Shown here one piece after another: positions 59,383 through 64,000 of a stretch of DNA of 64,000 nt. The stretch comes from Eledone cirrhosa. Taxonomy: Eukaryota. The notes below the pieces were generated by a model. The model saw nothing but the letters and a program-made list of their open reading frames with translations, was not told the origin of the DNA and searched no databases. How positions within the stretch are numbered: the stretch's first letter is position 1; every line of letters begins with the position of its first letter. Position numbers and translations under genes: made by a program. The DNA is taken from assembly GCA_964016885.1 (NCBI GenBank), contig OZ024742.1:73966001-74030000 (forward strand), written 5' to 3'.

Positions 59383-61600
59383 GTAAGACAATTACATCTA
59401 TCTATGCCCCACAGGCATAACTGAGTAAAGAACAAAAATACAGGTTTTATGAAAAATTTTTACAGACGACTTCAGGTTTTGATGAAAGGGACCTCATCAT
59501 CTTGGCAGGCGACTTCAGTGGACATGTGGGACAGTACCAAGATAGATTCAGTGGAGTTCATGGTGGCTATGCTTATCGCTGAAGGAATGAAGAGGGGCTG
59601 AGACTCCTAGAATTCTGTGACGCAAATGAATTAACCATCTGCAACACAAATTTCAGGAAACCGGTCACCCACCTGATCTCATATTAATCAGGTAAACACA
59701 AAAGCCAAATTGATTGCTTAGTTGTAAGACAAGACAAACGGATTGTAATAAATGCTAAGGCCTTCCCTGGGGAAGAATACACCACCCAACACATGTTAGT
59801 TAATAGTGACGTCAAAATAAGCACAAGACAGAACAAGACACGCAGGAAAATATGGAGATGGAAGGTGTGGAAGCTAAAGAACCTTTCAGTTAAATATAGG
59901 TTTAGAAAGGCCCTACGGGATGCATTTTATGAGAGAAGTGACGAGCTAGATACCTATGACGTAGAGCATAACTGGTAATTCTTACGTGACAACCTTTTGC
60001 AAACTACTGACGTGACTTGTGGCTGGAGTAGAGTACCAGCCAAACAGAGAGTGACCTGGTGGTGGAACAGCTCAGTGAATGGGGCCACCAAAGCCAAGAG
60101 ACAGGCCTGGAAATACTGGAAAATGGGAGTGGGGGGTAGCAGAGACCGGTACCAGGTGACTAAGAGAGAAGCAAGACAAATATACACAGTTCGGAGAGAA
60201 GCTGAAGAGAGAAAGTTTGCTGACATCCTGAGACATGAAGATCAGGGACACAAAGTGTTCCGCATTACAAGGCAGTGTGTCAGTGTGAATCATCATGTTG
60301 TTGGGGAAAACTGTTAGAAATGACACCGGTGTATTTAACACCATTGATACTCAAAAGAAAGAGGGCTGGAAATGTTACTATGAAGGACTGATAAATGAAG
60401 AGAATAAATGGGAGGAAGAGAAATTGCCCACAGCCCACCCAACACAAGGGCCAGCCATTGCAGTTGACAGTCATAGGGTTAATGAAGCAATCAAAGAGAT
60501 GAAAAAGGATGAAGCTTCAGGATCATCGGAGATAACTGCTGAGATGTTAAAAGCATCCGGAGAAGTAAGAATCAGACTAGTAAGCCACATAGTCAATCAG
60601 GTAATACAGGACGGTGTCATACCCAATGACTGGGGCAGCAGCACAATCGTGACTTGCTACAAGGGCAAAGTGATGCCCTTGAAAAGAGCAACTATAGCGG
60701 AATAAAATTAATGGACCAAGTTATGAAGATGAGGGAAAGAGTTATAACATAGATAATTAAAGAAAGTGTCAAATTATATGAGATGCAGTTCGGTTTTATG
60801 TCTGAGAAAAATACTACAGGCGCCCTCTTTTTAGTGAAGAGAAGTTCTTAGTAAAACTAAACCACTATACCTAGCTTTCGTTGGTCTAGAAAAAGCTCTT
60901 GACAGAGTGGGAGGCCACTCAGTTGATCAGTTGATCCGATCAATGGAACGGCCTGCTCGTGAAATTAACGTGCAAGTGGCTGAGCATTCCACAAACGCGC
61001 GTATCCTTAACGTAGTTCTCAGGGAGATTCGGCGTGAAACAGAATATGACAAGGCTGGCCCTTCGAATTACAGGTACAACTAATTTTTGCCAGCTGAGTG
61101 GACTGGAGCAAAGTGAAATAAAGTGTCTTGCTTAAGGACACCGCGCGCTGCCGGGAATCAAATTCATGACCTTACGATTGTGAGCCGAATTTCCTAACCA
61201 CAAAGCCACACGCCTTCCCTTTGACTGAGTACCCCGATCTATTATCTTGTAGTCCTTCAGGAAATTAGGTGTAGAAGGATGGCTTGTGAGAGCAGTGCAA
61301 GCCATATACAGCGGAGCTGTCAGCAAAGTGAGAGTAGAAAATAAATTTAGTGAGGAATTCAAGGTACAAGTAATTCATGAATGTTCGGTTCTTAGCCCAC
61401 TACTATTCTTTATAGTTCTCCAGGCTATAACAGTGGAGTTTAAGACTGGCTGCCCATGGGAACTTCTCTATGCAGATGTTCTGGTCCTTATAGCCGAATC
61501 CATTAAAGATCTAGAAAATAGGTTCCGACTATGGAAACAGAATTTGGAATCAAAAGGTCTGAGAGTAAACTTAGTCAAAACTAAAGTGCTAGTGAGTAAT
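59383..61600 (+). pseudogene. Disrupted RTE-clade LINE ORF (APE endonuclease + reverse transcriptase) with stops and frameshifts; 5' and 3' incomplete
   Basis: Motifs in order: SIYAPQ, LIILAGDFSGHVG, CNTNFRK, SQID, TWWWN, ASGSSEITAEMLK, IPNDW..STIVTCYKGK, QFGF, LYLAFVGLEKALDRV/PR, SVLSPLLF, LLYADVLVL (YADD-like), GLRVNLVKTKVL. Confidence 0.93.
60909..61218 (-). mobile_element. tRNA-derived SINE, family B (CORE-like central domain), inserted in the LINE RT
   Basis: Minus strand: head GGCGTGTGGCTTTGTGGTTAGG, B-box-like ATTTGATTCCC, CORE-like GTGTCCTTAAGCAAGACACTTT. TSD TTGACAGAGT (60899-60908) / TTGACTGAGT (61221-61230). Confidence 0.88.
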
Positions 61601-62050
61601 GGGAATATGGTGCAGTAGAAATATAGAACAGTGGGAATATGGTATAGTTCGAATGTGATATAGTAGGAATATGTTATAGTGGGAATATGGTATAGTGTGA
61701 ATATGGTACATTGAGAATATGGTATAGTGAGAATATGGTATAGTCGGAATATGGTATACTGGGAATATGGTACAGTGGGAATATGATATATTGGGAATAT
61801 GGTGTAGTGGGTATATGGTACAGTGGGAATATGGAACAGTGGGAATATAGTAGATTGGGAATATGGTACTGTAAGGAATATGGTACAGAGGGAATATGGT
61901 ATAGTGGGAATATGGTACACTGGGAATATGGTACAGTGGGAATATAGTACACTGGGAATATGGTAGATTGGGAATATGGTACTGTAAGGAATATGGTACA
62001 CTGGGAATATGGTACACTGGGAATATGGTAGATTGGGAATATGGTACAGT
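61600..62050. repeat. 16-bp minisatellite (GGGAATATGGTACAGT)n, about 28 units
   Basis: Direct reading; explains the repetitive minus-strand ORFs at 61468-62058. Confidence 0.93.
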
Positions 62051-62125
62051 CTCTGCACAGTTTACAACAAAACAGCTTGAAAACTGTACCGTCTAGTTAT
62101 GTACAGCATATTACAGTCTGAATGT

Positions 62126-62207
62126 AAACTTCTTTTCAACGTCATAATTTAGAAACGGTTTTTAGAAACTTCTTTTCAATATTATACGTCATAATTTAGA
62201 AACGGTT
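62126..62207. repeat. Local duplication of about 40 bp
   Basis: AAACTTCTTTTCAA..ACGTCATAATTTAGAAACGGTT occurs twice. Confidence 0.8.
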
Positions 62208-62984
62208 ATTTCGACCACATACTCAAAACATTCCTCTGGGTGTTAGACCTAGCCAAAAGAAATCAATAATTTGAAGACCATATCTCAGGAAGTTCTTAGA
62301 ATGAGTAGAGTATACTTCTACCCATACAGAGGTGTTTGACCTCGAACGAGTGAATTGGCGATGCAATATTGACAACTTCCAGTTTTAATGTACAATCTGT
62401 CGTCTCTTACACCTCATTTTTATTGTTAGATGCAACAAATTTCCATCACTTTTGCTCTTTTACTATTTTCACCATATATTTTATCGATTAGTTCACATTG
62501 GAAAATTCAATTCTGGCGATAAACCTTGAATAAAACATGTTTGGATGTCAAACGTTCAATTCTTCTAAGCAGTAAAATATTTCTTAGAATAAAACCAAAA
62601 AACTTCCATTTAAATGTATAATTTCAATTGTTTAAATTTTCTTGCAAGTTTTCATTGTTTAAAATGTGGTTATAATCTATATTGATTCGTTTCTGTAAAT
62701 CTTTGGACCTGACTATCTACTGTCATTAATTTCTGGTTAAACATATACAGGACAAAAAAGATGATTCGGGAAGATAGTTGTTGTTTAGATGTGCAGATAA
62801 TTTCATACAATATTTGATGAATGGATGGGTTGAGATATAATAAACGAGGCTGTAATTAAGAGTGTAAAGTCCTAGATTCCTTCTCTTAGTAAATGTTGTT
62901 TCTGACATAAAACGAGCTGCTTGAGATTGGTATTTAGTTCTTACTTCAGACTGGAATAATTATCACCACTCACTAATACTGATG

Positions 62985-63170
62985 TCAAACTTTAAGTTCA
63001 AAGTTAGTAACTATGGGGATGTGGATGGCGGGTCGATTAAATATACCCCATTACTTCACTGGTATTATTTTATTGACCCTGAAATTATGAAAGCTAAAGT
63101 TGACCTTGGTGGGATTTGAACACAGGACATAAAAATACTGACGCTCTAACCACTCTGCCAATTCACCACC
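62985..63170 (-). mobile_element. SINE family A, degenerate copy
   Basis: GGTCGATT..CCCA..ACTGGTA..TTTATTGACCC..GGATTTGAAC..CTAAC CACTCTGCCAATTCACCACC, the reverse complement of the head of the 25864 copy. Confidence 0.8.
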
Positions 63171-63175
63171 CTCAA

Positions 63176-63335
63176 AATACTTTCTAATTTCAGGCACAAG
63201 GCTAACATTTTTTGGTGGGGAGAGATCGATTACACCGATTCCAGTAGCTTACTTGTGTTTTATTTAATCAACCACGGGAGGATGAAAGGTAAAATTTACT
63301 TCAGCGTGATTTGAACTCAGAACTTAACGAGCTGG
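63176..63335 (-). mobile_element. SINE family A, degenerate 5'-truncated copy adjacent to the previous one
   Basis: AGGCACAAGG..GATCGATT..GGATGAAAGGTAAA..GATTTGAACTCAGAAC. Confidence 0.78.
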
Positions 63336-64000
63336 AGCCACTCTCTAAGAATAGAAGAACAATTGATTTTTGCCTTAGTTGAAATCAAACTTGGCAATTT
63401 TACTAATAATGTTAGTGTGACTAACACAGCCACTCACTAACCAGTGGCGATCGATACTAATCATTTTTTGCTTCTTGACTTTTTTTTTATACCAGTTCAA
63501 CATTTTTAGACATAAAAATATTCTTCTGCTCTGTTGAGATCGAATGGATTTATTTGATATGAATACGAAATATTACATCCATTTATCGTATCGGACATGT
63601 GAGCGTAAGGAAGAAACTTCAGAGCGAAGATGTAGTTTTAATTTCACTGTAGCAATTTCAAATCATTAGATTGTTCTGTGTTGTTGCTAAGCCGTTACTA
63701 TAATTATATTTCACTGAGTTTTAGAGTAACTTTTGTTACAAACCTAACTATTATATATTGCTCGTTTTGTGTATTTCAAGCTATATTTAACTTGACATAA
63801 CTACAAATCATCGACTTGGCTTACAACCATAAATATCCCGATTTTAAAGAGGATCCAATTTTTCAAATTCTGCTTTTACACATGCATATTACTTTTTCGA
63901 CAGTATTTTATAAAATTGATTTTATTTTTAATTGAAATTTTAATTTAATTTCGAACATTTTATAGATTAAACGTGAATTATCGAGGAAATGAACCTGATT

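Noticed and set aside
59383-61618. Active LINE or domesticated RT
   Set aside because: Multiple stops and frameshifts, a SINE insertion, YADD changed to YADV, and a missing 3' end.
61468-62058. 196-, 142- and 92-aa Tyr/His/Pro-rich ORFs
   Set aside because: Stop-free translation of the 16-bp minisatellite in all three minus frames.
62726-62950. Minus-strand open frame preceded by TTCCAG (possible exon)
   Set aside because: No recognisable protein similarity or neighbouring exons; would need RNA-seq support.

Overview
Gene-free, repeat-dominated eukaryotic DNA. The SINE families look like those of octopod cephalopods (recognised from memory, not database-verified). About 82% of the window is two large satellites: a 44/49-bp satellite (1-24787, continuing past the left edge) and a 26/31-bp satellite (~27843-55426), both with higher-order repeats. 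The remainder is a patchwork of decayed mobile elements: tRNA-derived SINEs, a Lep1-like non-autonomous Helitron, a hAT-like MITE, an internally deleted Hsmar2-like mariner, and a disrupted RTE-clade LINE with a SINE inserted in its RT motif. There are also a 16-bp minisatellite and microsatellites. No intact protein-coding gene is supported; the only ORF-track entries with recognisable protein motifs are the LINE fragments. The most notable observations are (1) minimal type I hammerhead-ribozyme folds beside (TA)n tracts, (2) a two-state 26-bp monomer in which one state carries the telomeric TAGGGTTA motif, and (3) a symmetric layered architecture of that array. I cannot claim a demonstrated new biological system from sequence alone.
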